DNA of 64,000 bases, taken from assembly GCA_029953675.1 (NCBI GenBank), contig JAMWBK010000002.1, positions 2,728,001-2,792,000 of the forward strand. The letters run 5' to 3'. A model generated the notes under the pieces. It was given only the letters and a program-made list of their open reading frames with translations. It was not told where the DNA came from and did no database searches. Both the position numbers and the translations under genes were made by a program. Every line of letters starts with the position of its first letter. Position 1 is the first letter of the stretch. The DNA is from Rhodosorus marinus CCMP1338. Its lineage: Eukaryota; Plantae; Rhodophyta. Positions 1 to 12,988 of the stretch are shown piece by piece.

Positions 1-990
1 TGGGTTTATGGGTGCCACGAGCTACTACTTCACGCTTAGGTTTCTTCCGATTGGAGACGCCAACGGTAAGCACCCAGCCAGCAACACCCACACCTGCCCT
101 GAGAAACAGCAGCTTACTTCCATTTTTTTGGATAGCATTGACCTTTACTGGTCCAATTATTACAATGGTCATGGCGTCTATATTCCTCGGCGAGAGCTTT
201 CGTTCTTTCCATGTCTTCGGCGCAGCAGCGGCCTCGATTGGGGTACTTCTTGTTGCTGGCCCCAATGAAATTATTAAGAATCTTAGCAGCTCAGCAGGAG
301 GGATGACGAGGCTCATTGGAGCATGCTGCGCGCTCAGTCAAGCAGTATGCAGTAGTATGTCTTATCTTGCGATTAGGACGGTCGGCAACAAGGCGAGCTT
401 TGCCTGTAGCGTGTTTGCGTTTAGTCTGTACGTAGCCCCTCTGATGGCAGTGGAAGGCTGCATCTTGGGAACGCCCGTTTTTATGTTGCCCAGGAGCTCG
501 AGGGAGTGGCTTGTTATCCTACTAGCCGGTTCGTTTGCACTGTTGGCTAACAGTTTGCTCTCGATGTCTCTGCAGATGGTGGAAGCGAGTAAGTCACCAT
601 TTTCCGCGTTAATACCTCTAGATATAGATTTACTTCATTGCTCATGCCAACTTAAAGGGAATAGGGAAGCTCTCGCCCATGAGTAACCGGTCGTTAGTGG
701 ACCGAACCTGTTTCTTCCGAAGGCTTGACTTTTTTTAGTATATATCCGGCTAACCGTTGTGTTGCTTCGCAGGCAAATCTGGACCCGCGAGGAATCTCCA
801 GCTGCTCTTCGCGTTCCTTTTCGGATGGTTATTCTTGGGAGAAACGCCAAAGATCGAGTCGATTATCGGATCATGTATTATTCTGTCAGCAATATTGTAC
901 ATTGGGTACAAAACTCTCGAAGAGGAGAGAAACGAGTATCCAGACACTCCATCCCCGTTTCCGCCTGAGACCCCAACCCCAGACATGTAG
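1..990 (+). CDS. EamA/DMT-family transporter, 5'-partial; introns ~66-135 and ~589-772
   Basis: Spliced translation gives YFTLRFLPIGDANALTFTGPIITMVMASIFLGE and VEASKSGPARNLQLLFAFLFGWLFLGE, the repeated DMT helix motifs. GT-AG junctions restore the frame. Confidence 0.85.
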
Positions 991-2880
991 CGATGTGTGT
1001 AGTAGCTACCGGGTGGTTAGCTGGAGGCGATCCAGAACATTATTTACAGAGAAATGTCCTTAGCAAATTTCTTCATGTGATACTAGTAAATGCCAACTGC
1101 AACCAACAGGTTTTTCCGGGCAACAGTATGGTATGCAGACTCACCGGGCCACTCGACACAAAAAAAAAAAACCTCGTAAATCTCCGTCCATTCAGGTCCA
1201 TCCCGAATTCATTCACCCTTGTTACGGACCTGGCCTATCCAGGAAATGGAATAAACTTACACGACATAACCCGACCTTCATCTCACAACAACGACTCTTC
1301 CCCCATCCCCTCACCCCGTTCCCCCTCCCGGACCGATCCATCTCAAGCTGACACCCACGTCAGTCCAATCCAATAAGAATCCTAGTACCCAGTACGGACA
1401 ACCTGTCAAATATATTCTTTTGATATTAAACAATTTATTCCTCTAGGGGACGTCCAAATCTTCAACAAAAAGGAAAATCGATTCAAAATAATTTGTAATT
1501 CATCACATTTGAGATAGAACCCTTAACCAATCCCATGTGGAGGTTTCCGACGAATCGGCGATGAAACGACGTGGACAGTCTGTCCTGTCCGGTCGACGAA
1601 AGAATTTTTTATTATTGAATAGTATATAAAAAAATTAGCTCCGCGGTTGGGAATGATTAAAAAAACGAAAAGGATGATGTGGAGATTTGTCCGATAATTG
1701 TTTTTAAAATGAGAACAAATTCGTCTTGTATTTTGGGAAAAGGAACGTGAGATTTTCTGCGATTTTTTTGACATTTCTGTGTTTTTTTTTCCCCGAGGAT
1801 TTTGGATGTTACAGGCTGTCATGAAACTACCATTGGCCATTCGGGATTGGGTCCAGCAGGTGATGGTAAAAATCGGGGATTTCGTGGATTGACGGAAGAA
1901 AGTAGGATTTTTTTTTTTTGGCCGGGCGGGCGGCGGAGGAGGTTGAAGACGATGGAACCATTTGGAGACTCTGTCATGCTTTCTGCAGTTCAGTGAAGCA
2001 CTATGGTACTGTTTTTTGTTGTCCTCTGCCATGAGTAAAGCCTCCTCTGACGAAGCTTATAAAAAAGGAAGAAAAGCGGAACCCGACAGGCGGACATCGA
2101 AAGCAGCCGTCAGACCTAAATCCTCAGCGGGCCGGCCCACTAAATCCATCGAATCCAATCTGCAGCCGTCAATCACGCTCCATCGTAGTCATTAGTCATA
2201 TATCTGCAACGGGTCGGACGAGTTTTCAGACTACTGAAAAGCAATCTCTCTGTCATCCAATGCTGAGTCCAGCCTTTTCGGAGAGAACACAGTATAGCAC
2301 ATTTTTTACCGAATCCATCGTCTTACAACCACATCAAGCCGTGATACGGCCTACCAAAGTCTCTCAAGAGCGGATAACACCAATTCAGTTGTTCTCAAAA
2401 CGCTCACGAGTTTTCCAAAAGCGACGAAACCCCCCAGAGGAGAAAGTACATATGACCTTATTGAAACTACTAGGTTTCTTTGTAGTAGGTGGTCACAGAT
2501 TGAGGCGGCGAGGAGAGGGAAGTGTTCTGGTTTTTCCGAATGAGAAAGGGCTTTGAGGTGACGAGCTGAGTGCCGTGGTTCAGTTTTCTTGGTGTTTAGG
2601 CTTTTAGGGGTTGACAAGCTACGAGAAGGGGTTTGCGCTGTTTTGCTTGCTTGGATAGCTGTTTTTTATTGCGGAGTCTGATCCGCTGGCCACGACGTGT
2701 TCGGGCGGAAACTGAGCGGTTGCCACTGCTGGTTGTGTTGATTTTGTTATCTAGAGTTTAGTATTGGATAGGAGGGCGGGGTCAGTACTGGGAGGAACAA
2801 CAAGACCCTCGTGTGAGGTAGTTTTGCGGGATTGTGGACGGGCGCTTGCTTCCAAGGGTCTAGCGGAAACTTTGGCCAAC

Positions 2881-5127
2881 ATGACTACTGGTGGTGCGGG
2901 TTTCGTTTCCAATATCGGTTTCACAACGAGACTTGTAAGTGGCAATATATGTCGCAGAACTGCGGGAGGGGGGAAGAGCGTGAGAAGTTGGGCTGTTGAA
3001 CGCGATGCCAAGCAGGAGCTCGGGAAACCTGATGTCGAATTCGATATTGGCGACTTTGGCGGCCTGGAGGAGGGGTGGACCCTAGAGGAAGATCTCCCAG
3101 AGGAAGGAACCGTCTCGGTAGGCTTACAAGATTTGTACTGAGCGATAAGATTCCAACACCGCATTGTTGTCGAGGTTGTACTCACCCCCTGTCAACGACA
3201 AACTGGATTTGGTTCATGTTTTGTAATACAGGAACCCAAGCAAAGATTACCGATGGTCGCGGTTATTGGAAGGCCGAATGTTGGAAAAAGTATGATTGTT
3301 AACAGGCTGTCTGAGTCATACCGAGGAGGGTCTATCGTGCACGATCTTGTTGGTACAACACGGGATCGAACGTACAGGCGGGCGTTTTGGGCCGACAAGG
3401 AGTTTTTTGTTGTGGATACCGGTGGTTTGATATTTGAGGACGATCCTAATCAGGTAAAGCTGCCTTTTGAATTCTGGTGGAGCATTAGGGGGAGCTAAAA
3501 TTCGTTCTTGTTTTGATACTCTCTGAAGGTCTTCTTAAAGGAGATCCGGCAGCAAGCTCTGATTGCCCTGGAGGAAGCGGCCGCGGTGATATTTGTCACA
3601 GATGGCCAACAGGGGGTGAACCCTCTTGACGAGCAAATAGCAGTATTCCTTCGAAAGGAGTGTAAAGTACCTGTATATCTGGCCGTTAACAAATGCGAAT
3701 CTGACAATGGAGAAGTATGAATACCCAGATGTCCTCAACTAGCGCCTGAGTAGCTGCTGATATTTCGCGCTTGATGTTATTCCCCAGTTTATGGCAGCTG
3801 AATTCTGGACTCTCGGTATGGGTCAACCATTTGCGGTTAGCGGAATTCATGGAACTGGAACTGGGGACCTGATGGATGAGGTCTGCTTCAACCTACCAAA
3901 GGTGAGTGTTAGCAGGTCACGATCAAGATCTGGTCAGCAAGAAACTGATGGTCGCGTGATTCTGCTTCCGCACTCAGGTTGTGGATCCAGTGGAGGATAC
4001 CGCCATCAACGTCTCAATTATTGGGAAACCAAACGTCGGAAAATCGACTTTGCTTAACAGATTGGTACAGAGTGACAGAGCAATCGTCAGCAACATACCA
4101 GGGACAACGAGAGACAGCGTTGATGAAATGGTAGAGAATGATGGAAAGCTGTATAGGCTAATTGATACTGCTGGAATTAGGAGGAAACGTGGGATTGAAT
4201 ATGGAACAGAATTCTTCATGATCAATAGAGCGTTTAATGCAATCCGAAGATCTGATGTAAGACTATGCGGAAACGAGACATGTTGAGAGAAACGAGCAGA
4301 GGCTGATAGTTTTTTTTGACGTTCACCATTATGATCAGGTTTCCCTGCTGCTGGTTGATGGCACTGAGGACATGTCCGACCAGGACGGAAAGATTGCCGA
4401 ACGAGTGGTGGACGAAGGTAGAGGGTGTGTAATAATATGTAACAAGTGGGACGCTGTAAGAAAAACTGCCTCACAGCATACTCAATTACCATGGAGTCGC
4501 AAATTTCTAACTTCACCAGTACTATTTTCGTTTCAGATCGAAGACAAGGACAATTCGTCGTGGAAGAAAATGAACGACTACGTACGGGAGTCTCTTCCAC
4601 AACTGACATGGGCACCAATTGTCGTAGCATCCGCCCTCACAGGCCAGAGAACTGCAAATGTTTTCAAGGTGCGATTCGTGAACATCGCAAAAGGAGCTCC
4701 ATGAAGTAGATACATATGCCATATCTGATTATGGCCATGCTTTGATAGGAGGTGGACAATGCCGTTGAGCAGCACCGGAGGCGAGTTTCAACTGCTGTTC
4801 TGAACGAGGTGCTGTATGAGGCTGTCTCCTGGCACAAGCCCCCAGCGACGAAGGCAGGAAGGCAGGGCAAGATTTACTATTGCACACAGGTTTGTTTGAC
4901 GACAGACATTTTACCCTTTGCCGGACTAGCTTTTCTCACGAAAGCGTTTCACTTGAGTATAGGTCTCCGTCAGACCACCAACAATAGCTATGTTCGTCAA
5001 CGATCCTTCACTGTTCAGAGAGAACTACAGGAGATACATGGAGGGTCAATTCAGGAAAGCTCTTGGTTTCGCTGGCACGCCTATTCGGGTTGTGTGGAGG
5101 GGAAAGTCGAGGGCTCCAATCCTCTAA
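2881..5127 (+). CDS. der: Plastid-targeted Der/EngA double GTPase, multi-exon
   Basis: Two G-domains: [21 protein letters not shown] and [22 protein letters not shown]-terminal KH-like domain ends [13 protein letters not shown] with TAA at 5125-5127. N-terminal [11 protein letters not shown] transit-like peptide. First intron 3118-3231. Confidence 0.95.
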
Positions 5128-5354
5128 GGTAGCCGCTTGTCTGTGGGAAGCGTTGTCCGAGGTCCGAAGGAGAGTGGCTGTTCGCTTCACTAGATCCTTT
5201 TATGTTATTCACAAATAGTGGGAAGCGGAGCTAAGGAAATACTACCGAAAGAACTTCTGCTGCAGTTGGGTGTAGACTACTTGGACGAGTTCGTGTCAGT
5301 AAAGTTGACATCAGAGAACAAGGTGCTATCGCAAAAGAAATAGTCCACAAAACC

Positions 5355-8300
5355 CTAGTCAACATGCACGTCCATAGCTGATGCGTCCGCAGAGAGAAAC
5401 TCGTAAAGCACTTTGGCATCAGAATTGCCCAGGATCTTCTCAAGCTCTTCAAGCGGTAGCTCGACCAGCTCCTTGATGGTAGAGACACTCTCCAGTACTT
5501 TCCGGATGTTCCTATTGGAGATACCTGGGAGCGTTCGCAGAAAATGGAGCTGTCGGTGGTTGATTCCTCCGTCAGCTTCAGGATCTTCCTCTTGTAGACC
5601 CAATGTAGCCGCGAGTTCTTCGTCGGGCTCCTCTTCACCTATTTTGAGTTCCTGAAGAAGGTTTGCAGCTTCGAACGGGGTACGACACCATAACAAGCGC
5701 AATTGCGGGAACTGCTGAGTAAGAATTACGGTTTTCGCTACGACGCTGCTGATCGACACCTGCTTGTCCAGTTCAGCCGAAGTAGCCAAGCAAAAAGGCC
5801 TACTTTGATCGAACTCCAAGAGCAAACACGGAGTTTTATAGTAGCGTGTCATTTTCTCAACCTTCCGGGGAGCGAGAAACGATTACCGGCCTTTCAGAAC
5901 ACTTGAGTAGCAATAGTGCAATTGCAATGCTCGCGGTACATGCCCACCTGGTTGAACAACCGCCCCGAGCTGAAGGAGCTAACCAGGTCCGGAATGCTCT
6001 TTCGCTCGACGCAAATGGACGGGCTGAGAATGTAATCTCCGATCGGCAGGGTCAGCGGGACCAAGTCCATCCCAGCCCCGTGAAGAATACCACAAAGTGA
6101 GCTCCTTAATTCCCTCATATCCACGACAATCTTTTTCCCAGGGATATTTTTCGCGCTTTTTAGGAGTCGGGAATCGCGATCAACGCCCAAAGATCTACCA
6201 ATACCAAGCTCCGATCCAACGAGAGTTTCACTAGGGGCGACCGTGCCGTGGAAAAGACTCAGCAATGACAACGGTAAAAGATTTCTCACGATCTGATACT
6301 TACTCTAGTTGTTCATCCTCCAACCTGCCCTCCTGATTCGCGTGAATGATCATCGTCTCCTTCTCTCGGATCAAAGCTTCAAACGCCTCCTGTTCCCTCT
6401 GCACACTATACAAATACCTCTTCTGCTCAACGGATTCCTCGTATGTTACGAAGTAGACCCGAAGCTGTTGTCCTGGATGATCAGCTTTGTACATTTCCAC
6501 CTGTATCGATCAAGAGAGGACCCCTTAGACGGAGAAGACTATTGCCGAGTTCTGCAGACCGTCGATTACCTGTCTCACGCAATGAACGACTGGATCATAA
6601 ATAACTACAAACGAAGGCTGGAGGTCGTCGAGCAGCCTCTTCACGTTTCCAGGTATGTTAGAAACTATTGAAAGCACTATTTCAACCTTGGTCTGAGCAG
6701 TTTCCGAGCTTGCTGAAATAGGAAAGGTGTCTTCTGTACGAGTCGCAGCGCCTGAAGACCCAGCAACAGTCACTGTTCCTTCATCGTTTTTCTCCATCTC
6801 CTGGCTTTGGGATCTCACGATGACGTATGCTTTCCGCTTGTTCTCCTCGCCAGGTCTGCTGAACTGAGTGAGAGTCGTCTGTAATCCACCAGATGAATCT
6901 CCAATATCTTCCTTGGTGTGGGTCATGGACTTCTGGATAGCATTCCGGTACAATCGATTGGATCTGTGTTTCAGGAACCTTTCAAAGTCGTCCACCAGCA
7001 TTTGCTCACCGCCCTTGCAAAGAAACTGAGATATTTGAATAGCAGTGATCTCGTCCCTAAAAACGAAAAGAAAAATATTCACGACATAGATAATTTGAGC
7101 GACGCTTTCGGAGGGTTCATTGTTGCCGGTCCTCACCTCACGAAAATTATTGCTCGCGGATTTGGGTTCTCGATCCGCTTCCCATCTGACTCAATTTCCT
7201 CAAGCACATCTTGCAGCAAGTTCCATTTTGGATTCAATTCGAGAACAGGGCTAACAACGACGCTGTCTCCGTCTTGTAAACGATTTTCCTTGCCATTCTC
7301 CTTCTCTCCCACAGGGAAGTATTCTTCCATAAGATTTGAAGATCGCAGAGCACTCCGATAGACTCGAATGCGAGCTAAGGTGAAAACGATGTCCGCTTCC
7401 CGTGTCATGAGCCAGGTCGACTGAAAGCCGTCACCTTGACGGAGACTCTCCACCAGCTCGTGAAACTGAATGCAGTCCAATTTGTGCAAATTAGACAGCA
7501 GTTTCCGCAAAAACTTCAAGTCCTCCAACGGTTGTCGAACCTTTGCACCAGTTGTGTGCCATACGGCTTCCAGTTGATTTTTTATGATATCGTGGAAGCT
7601 TCTGTATAGAGCTTCCTCGATTTTAATCTCTGTAAGATCAACGTTTCTGTTAGCCCTTTTGAGTTCTCCGAGGCAGAAAGCTGTGACGTCCAAGATGCTC
7701 TGTTGTATGGCCATCATGGATGTCGTCATCGGCTGCGTCAGCTCCACAACGTCTGCAGGGCGAGTGTCAAGTACGTCTTGAACTATTTCGTGGAATCGAG
7801 GCCACAGGAAGAGCCGCCTCACATAGAGACTTCTCATAATCTTCTCACAGTTGTGAAACCCTTTACGAAGGACCTCTGGTTCTTCGGTGAAGGCTTTTAT
7901 AAAGCCCTCCTTATTGTTCTTTCTGTAAAGACGAAGAACGAAGGCCTCTGCAGTCGTCTCCTGAACGCGATGTGCATCGTTAACAATAATGCCCACTACT
8001 TTGTTGACAGGAATAACGCTCCGGAGGAAATCATGGACCAGTATTCTTGCCGTGGCAGCTAGGAACCCACCAGAGGCATAAACCTCACGCCGTTCTGGTA
8101 TGCTATACTCAGAAGTTATCAACCGAGGCGCACTGCTAGACTTCCCGCTTTCAATCACATGCCTAGACAGTTCCGCTGCCAATGCGGGACTTATCTGGAG
8201 GCCTAATACAATCGATCCCTCCGGAGAGTCTTTGAGAACCGAGTCCACAAGATTGGTGAATGCGAATGAAGCCCCGAGACCATGGCCGAGAACAACGAGG

Positions 8301-8362
8301 CCGTCCTCATCTCGAACTTCTTCCAGAATCTTGTCGTACAACCTCTTCATCATGGCTGCCAA
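5355..8362 (-). CDS. XPF: XPF/ERCC4/Rad1 structure-specific endonuclease, multi-exon
   Basis: N-terminal helicase-like domain (LFLWPRFH), nuclease motif GDYIL...VERKSIPDLVSSFSSGRLFNQ and C-terminal HhH (LRTLPGISNRN). Confidence 0.95.
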
Positions 8363-9874
8363 CTAGCGCACTTGCGCAACAGCCTATCTTCCGTACGCAA
8401 GTGCGACACTCCGGGCTTTATTAAGGGTCGAATGGGTTCACCAAACCTTCATTTTCCACGGAACGCCTTCCGCCGGTACTCCTCTTAGCATGGAGCTTCA
8501 CTCATCTCATTGTTGTTCTTCAATAGCTTGGAAGCATCAGTTACCACCCAAGAGACACCCGCTCGGACCTGTATATCAGTCACATGATTGGACTATCAAT
8601 AGTCGCAAGCTCTCAAGCTACGGCGGTGAAACGCCCTCCATCGCGTTGTGAAGAAACTGAGCTCACAAAGCGGTTGACTGAAGGATCCATTTTTCCAATC
8701 GAATTCAGCCGTGGACAACTAAACCAATTTCACTAATATCCCTTCCCATTCCACTTCCCGGAGACTGCCCGATCCCGCCCCGACGGAAGCGGACGGATGC
8801 AAGTTGTTGAAGCTTCTACAACTCATCCCCTCGCGCTTGATGAGCAAACGATCTCATGCTGCTCGCGTCCCTTTAAGATCACCTTGCTACGCAACCCATC
8901 AATACCCTTAGCTCTTGGAACGATAGAGGCCTTGCTATGTCGGAATCAATCCGCTTAATATAAACTTTCGTACCTCCTCATACAAACCTATGACAGAGGT
9001 ATTCAGGTTGAAATCTTGGATCCGAAATTTTTTCACTCAGAACGGGACGGGCTTCAACCAAAGCATGTGATAAGGACATTAACTCGTAACTAGCTCTGCT
9101 GGTGTCTTTGAACAAGGAGGGGCTCCCCATGTCAAATTCTCCTGATCGGAAGGCCTTGACATTCCCTTCCCGAGCTTGAGAATCTCAACTAGTAGCTCAG
9201 AACACAACTAATTCAGGAGTACAAGACACGGACCTTCCTGCTTTTAACCGGTCTCACTACGCACAAATCTTCTCTGCAAACCACCTCGAAGGTTTGTTGG
9301 ACCTCCTCTTTGTGTACCACTCCAGCGCACTATTCCTTGAACCGACGTAAAACTCTATTCATGTTTTATAAATAAATAATACTCGTTTCTGACATACCAC
9401 ATGACCATTTGATTTTCCTAAATTTTATTTTGGCGAAGCGACTCTGGCCTATGATACTTTCGCTCATTTGGGAACGGTATGAAGTGAATAGCCGTTACAT
9501 TTAAAAATAGGACGAAAATAATAGGAAAAACTACTTTTTGAGGTGGTCTGGTGAGAAAGACGATGTGTTGGTTTTGAGGTCTGGGATTGAAGGCCACTCT
9601 CGAGCATTGGTTTGTGGGCATGGTGGGTGGGGAAGGAAGGTTTTTTTTTTGTAGTTAATGAGGAGGCGTATGGTTAAGTCTCAAGATACGGTTCAGCAGA
9701 GCTTGTGTCTAAGCAAGCTTCTTTGCCTGCTGCACACTGGCAGCGTGTTTTGGTTGTGATGATGTGATGCGACTACATCGGACGAAGTAAGCGATTTGCA
9801 GAGTTCTAGGTAGGATATAAAGGATTTAAGCGCCGGATTCGCGAGGCTTAGGGAGGTTGCTTTGGACGTAAGAA

Positions 9875-10393
9875 ATGAATGTCGACGCGGAGAATCTGGA
9901 GTCTGTCGCGCACAGATCCGCTTTAGGAGTGAAAAGGGGGCTTAGGACCCCTGGAAGAGGTTTGAGAACTCCTGGAAAGGACCTGCTAACGCCTGGGAAT
10001 AATCTGGGAGCTGGCGGCTCAACTCGACGAGCATTAGGGGATATTACAAATACAGGGAATAGGGCCCCGAGGAGCGAAGCCAAGTTCGAACGCTCAGTCG
10101 CCAAAGCTCCGTTCGAGATACCCGTCGACGTCGACGAAGATCAGATTGAAATCGTCTCGGAGGCCCCTGTGGCTTTAGATGGCAACCCCCTGGTCGACTT
10201 AGAGGAGATTGATGCGCTTCTGGGAAGCTTTTCCGAGGCTGCCAGTAAGAGGAGGGAGAAAATTTTGCCGTTTCCACAACCGCAGAGACCACCTATGCAG
10301 CGGGTGGAATCCATGGACGAGCCCGATTTCAGTGAAGACCTCTTGGATTTTCCGTTGCCAGCAACTGAAGACATACATTTCCAGATTCGCTAG
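9875..10393 (+). CDS. Small disordered APC/C-substrate-like protein, candidate securin
   Basis: Single 172-aa ORF with N-terminal DAEN, three TPG sites, D-box RRALGDITN and acidic C-terminal half containing DQIEIV. The gene is well supported; the securin call is inference. Confidence 0.7.
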   Translation: MNVDAENLESVAHRSALGVKRGLRTPGRGLRTPGKDLLTPGNNLGAGGSTRRALGDITNTGNRAPRSEAKFERSVAKAPFEIPVDVDEDQIEIVSEAPVALDGNPLVDLEEIDALLGSFSEAASKRREKILPFPQPQRPPMQRVESMDEPDFSEDLLDFPLPATEDIHFQIR

Positions 10394-10904
10394 TGGATTG
10401 AACAGGCCAAGACCACATGATTTCTAGCGATGTACCCTTAAGACAAGCGAAAACAGGCACGTTGGCCCATGCTCGTGCGCTCGTGTCTAGTCGTCTGTCG
10501 CACTTTGTAAGGTAAGCATGAGCGTAAAGGCAGTAATTCGTAATTCGGACCTAAAAACGGTTGTACACGGTTTCATTGGTTGTTCAGGAGACTATAGGAG
10601 GAACGTTGATGCCCCTGAGTATGAGCGTTTCTGCTCGGAGTGCATGATACGATTTTTTTCCACATTTCTACCGATGTTTTATTAACATGCCCCTGACCAG
10701 CCGCTGGACCATATCTAGTTCGGCTAACTTAGTCCGAGCGTAAAGGATTGTGCAGACGCTTATTTGACGGGCACGCTGACTAATTACAACTAAGGGCTTC
10801 TTGCATTGGTTGACGTACCAATACAACCGCTCCGCTCGCTCGCATGCTCGTATGTAGATTACAATTTAGCGCAACTTCATCCGCTGCGAATTCACTACTG
10901 CATC

Positions 10905-11207
10905 TTATTTCCCGTCCTCAATACATGATGTTCCCAATCTACTCATTCGTTCTAAGTACAAAGCCTTCAACCGTCTGTTTGCCTCCAGGTAATCAGCAAG
11001 ATCCTCCCATCCAGATAGCTCTCTCGACTCTTGAGAACTCACAGGAGAAGCGTTGGTACCTGATGGTCCGTTCGCAGACGAGTTTCCCGGCGCTACTGCC
11101 ACGACATTGCTGGACAGTCCCAAACGCTTTACTTCTCTCACCCAATCTTCCTCATCCTCCTCACGACTCCTCTTCGTCATGACTGCAGATCTCAACGCTC
11201 CAACCAT
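10905..11207 (-). CDS. Small hypothetical protein (start 11207 or 11180) with C-terminal YxxxNxxLK helix
   Basis: ORF with basic KRSRE patch, S/N-rich linker and YLEANRRLKALYLER. Preceded by a G/T-rich sense-strand leader like those of neighbouring genes. Confidence 0.55.
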   Translation of the reverse strand: MVGALRSAVMTKRSREEDEEDWVREVKRLGLSSNVVAVAPGNSSANGPSGTNASPVSSQESRELSGWEDLADYLEANRRLKALYLERMSRLGTSCIEDGK

Positions 11208-12988
11208 CCATACCCGCCGATAACCCTCAAATCTCCATTCCACAAGAAGAAGAAGACAAAAAACCCCAACTTCCCACGAGAACAAACCAAAACAACCTTC
11301 CCTTCACCAAAAAAAATACAACCAACACTTCAACCATACGAAACTACAGGCTCACCTACAGGGGTCCGTGCCATATAACCTACAAAAATTTACACATCCA
11401 CATCAGCAGTCTCCCCCTAGCCCTCCCAACCTCCCCCCAAGACATCTCCAAACTTCTTCCTTCCCTCTCTCCCTCCCTCCCTCCTTCACTCCTCACCCCC
11501 CTTCACGCCCAAAACAGCTGCTGCTTACCGATACTGATTCTAAATAATAACTAAAAAACACAACAAACTCTCCCAGCGCCATTCCTTCCCCCCCCCCCAA
11601 AATTGCTCGAAAAAAGAAAGGCGCAGGAAGTACATTTTGCTGTTTGGAATCTTTGTTTTGCTCTTTTCCCCCCCAAAAAGAGAGGCTATCAAATGTAATG
11701 TTTGGGGAGGGGTTTTGCTAGTATAAACAAATTAATGCTTTGTTTTTAAACAAATTCCATTCATTCTGTCCTTGGATAAATGCAAACTGGCCCTTTTTAC
11801 ATCAACGTCCCGGAAAATATTATAATTTATATATAATATTGTAGAAGATCGCGATCGAAGCTGAATCTCGATCAGTTTCGGACACTGTTCCAATTAGGAG
11901 TTTCATAGGGCCAAGTACTTTGTTATGGGACAAAATGGAAGAATGGTGGGAATAGTTTCATAATTTAGTTGAATCGAATAGTCTAGAGGGTTCGATCCTT
12001 TTTATTTTAACAATGTGGCGTAGAATAGACTTCTTGATCTTGATTTTGGGTAGAATAGGATGGGGGTAGACCTTGATGTGCTGGACGTGCTGTATCTCGG
12101 TGGTGTGGTCACCGACCATCCGAAGTGACTTGCTAGTCCTTCTCAGCAAGATGAACGGGTCCATGGTAGGCATTGAACGATTTTCGAAGTCGTTCTTTCC
12201 AACGACCGTTTTCTCGAAGAAATAGAAAAGCTCTGCTCGAGTCGTTTTTCTTTGCGCCTGTACCCATCCCCACAACCGCATTGGTAATTCCAGTTCTTCT
12301 TTGAGACTTTGAGGTTTCCACCTCTCAGGAATCCGAATTATTTCAAGCTCCCCGTGGTAATGGCAATGCGCTTCTCTCACCGCAGTTGTTTTACATCAGG
12401 ATGTTGGCCGTTCAATTTCAACGGCGCCCCGCATTTTCCCCGATTCCGCTGAGCCTCCTGACATCTCAGACTCTTGAAGGTCAGCAACCCCTGAAATATT
12501 TGGGTTTCTTCTTTTTCCACGGAGCTTTCTGAGAACATAAGAGCGCGTTGTGCACTCTGATCGAATGGCAGTTATTGGACCCTGCCCAAGACAACTAGGG
12601 AGAGGTCACGCCAGGCTCCCGATTGGTTCTGTTAACCTTGCGCTGAGGTGACTCCGGTACAGTCAGTCAATATAGTTCGTAGCTCCGACATGCTGCGGCT
12701 GGCACAAGGATGCCAGTACAAAAATACTCTCTGTCAACTCAACTAATCAGTCTGTCCGGCAATTCCTGTACAAGCTTTTGATATGCTGGCCTGAACATTT
12801 GTACAGTGTCCGGTTGCACGTCTTCTCCTCCTTCACCGACCGTCGTGCGTTGGCGGTAGGTCAGGATGAAGAAGCTTTCGCTGCTGTTTACGGTGACGGC
12901 AACGTGCTCAGCAATTTGCCATCGATTGGCCGGAATCGTCGCTATCGCTCAATCAGGCCGAGACTTGCTCAGAGCATCTCCTCTAAAG

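Noticed and set aside
2090-2230. GAGCGTGA plus CTGA on the minus strand resembling U3 boxes B and D
   Set aside because: No convincing box A, C' or C. The small ORFs at 1962-2195 are also unsupported.
8915-8945. TTGGAACGATA resembling U6 snRNA
   Set aside because: Only ~11 nt match. The ACAGAGA box and downstream U6 sequence are absent.
11958-12380. 140-aa minus-strand ORF
   Set aside because: GTG start just after an in-frame stop, no recognisable motif and no splice link found.
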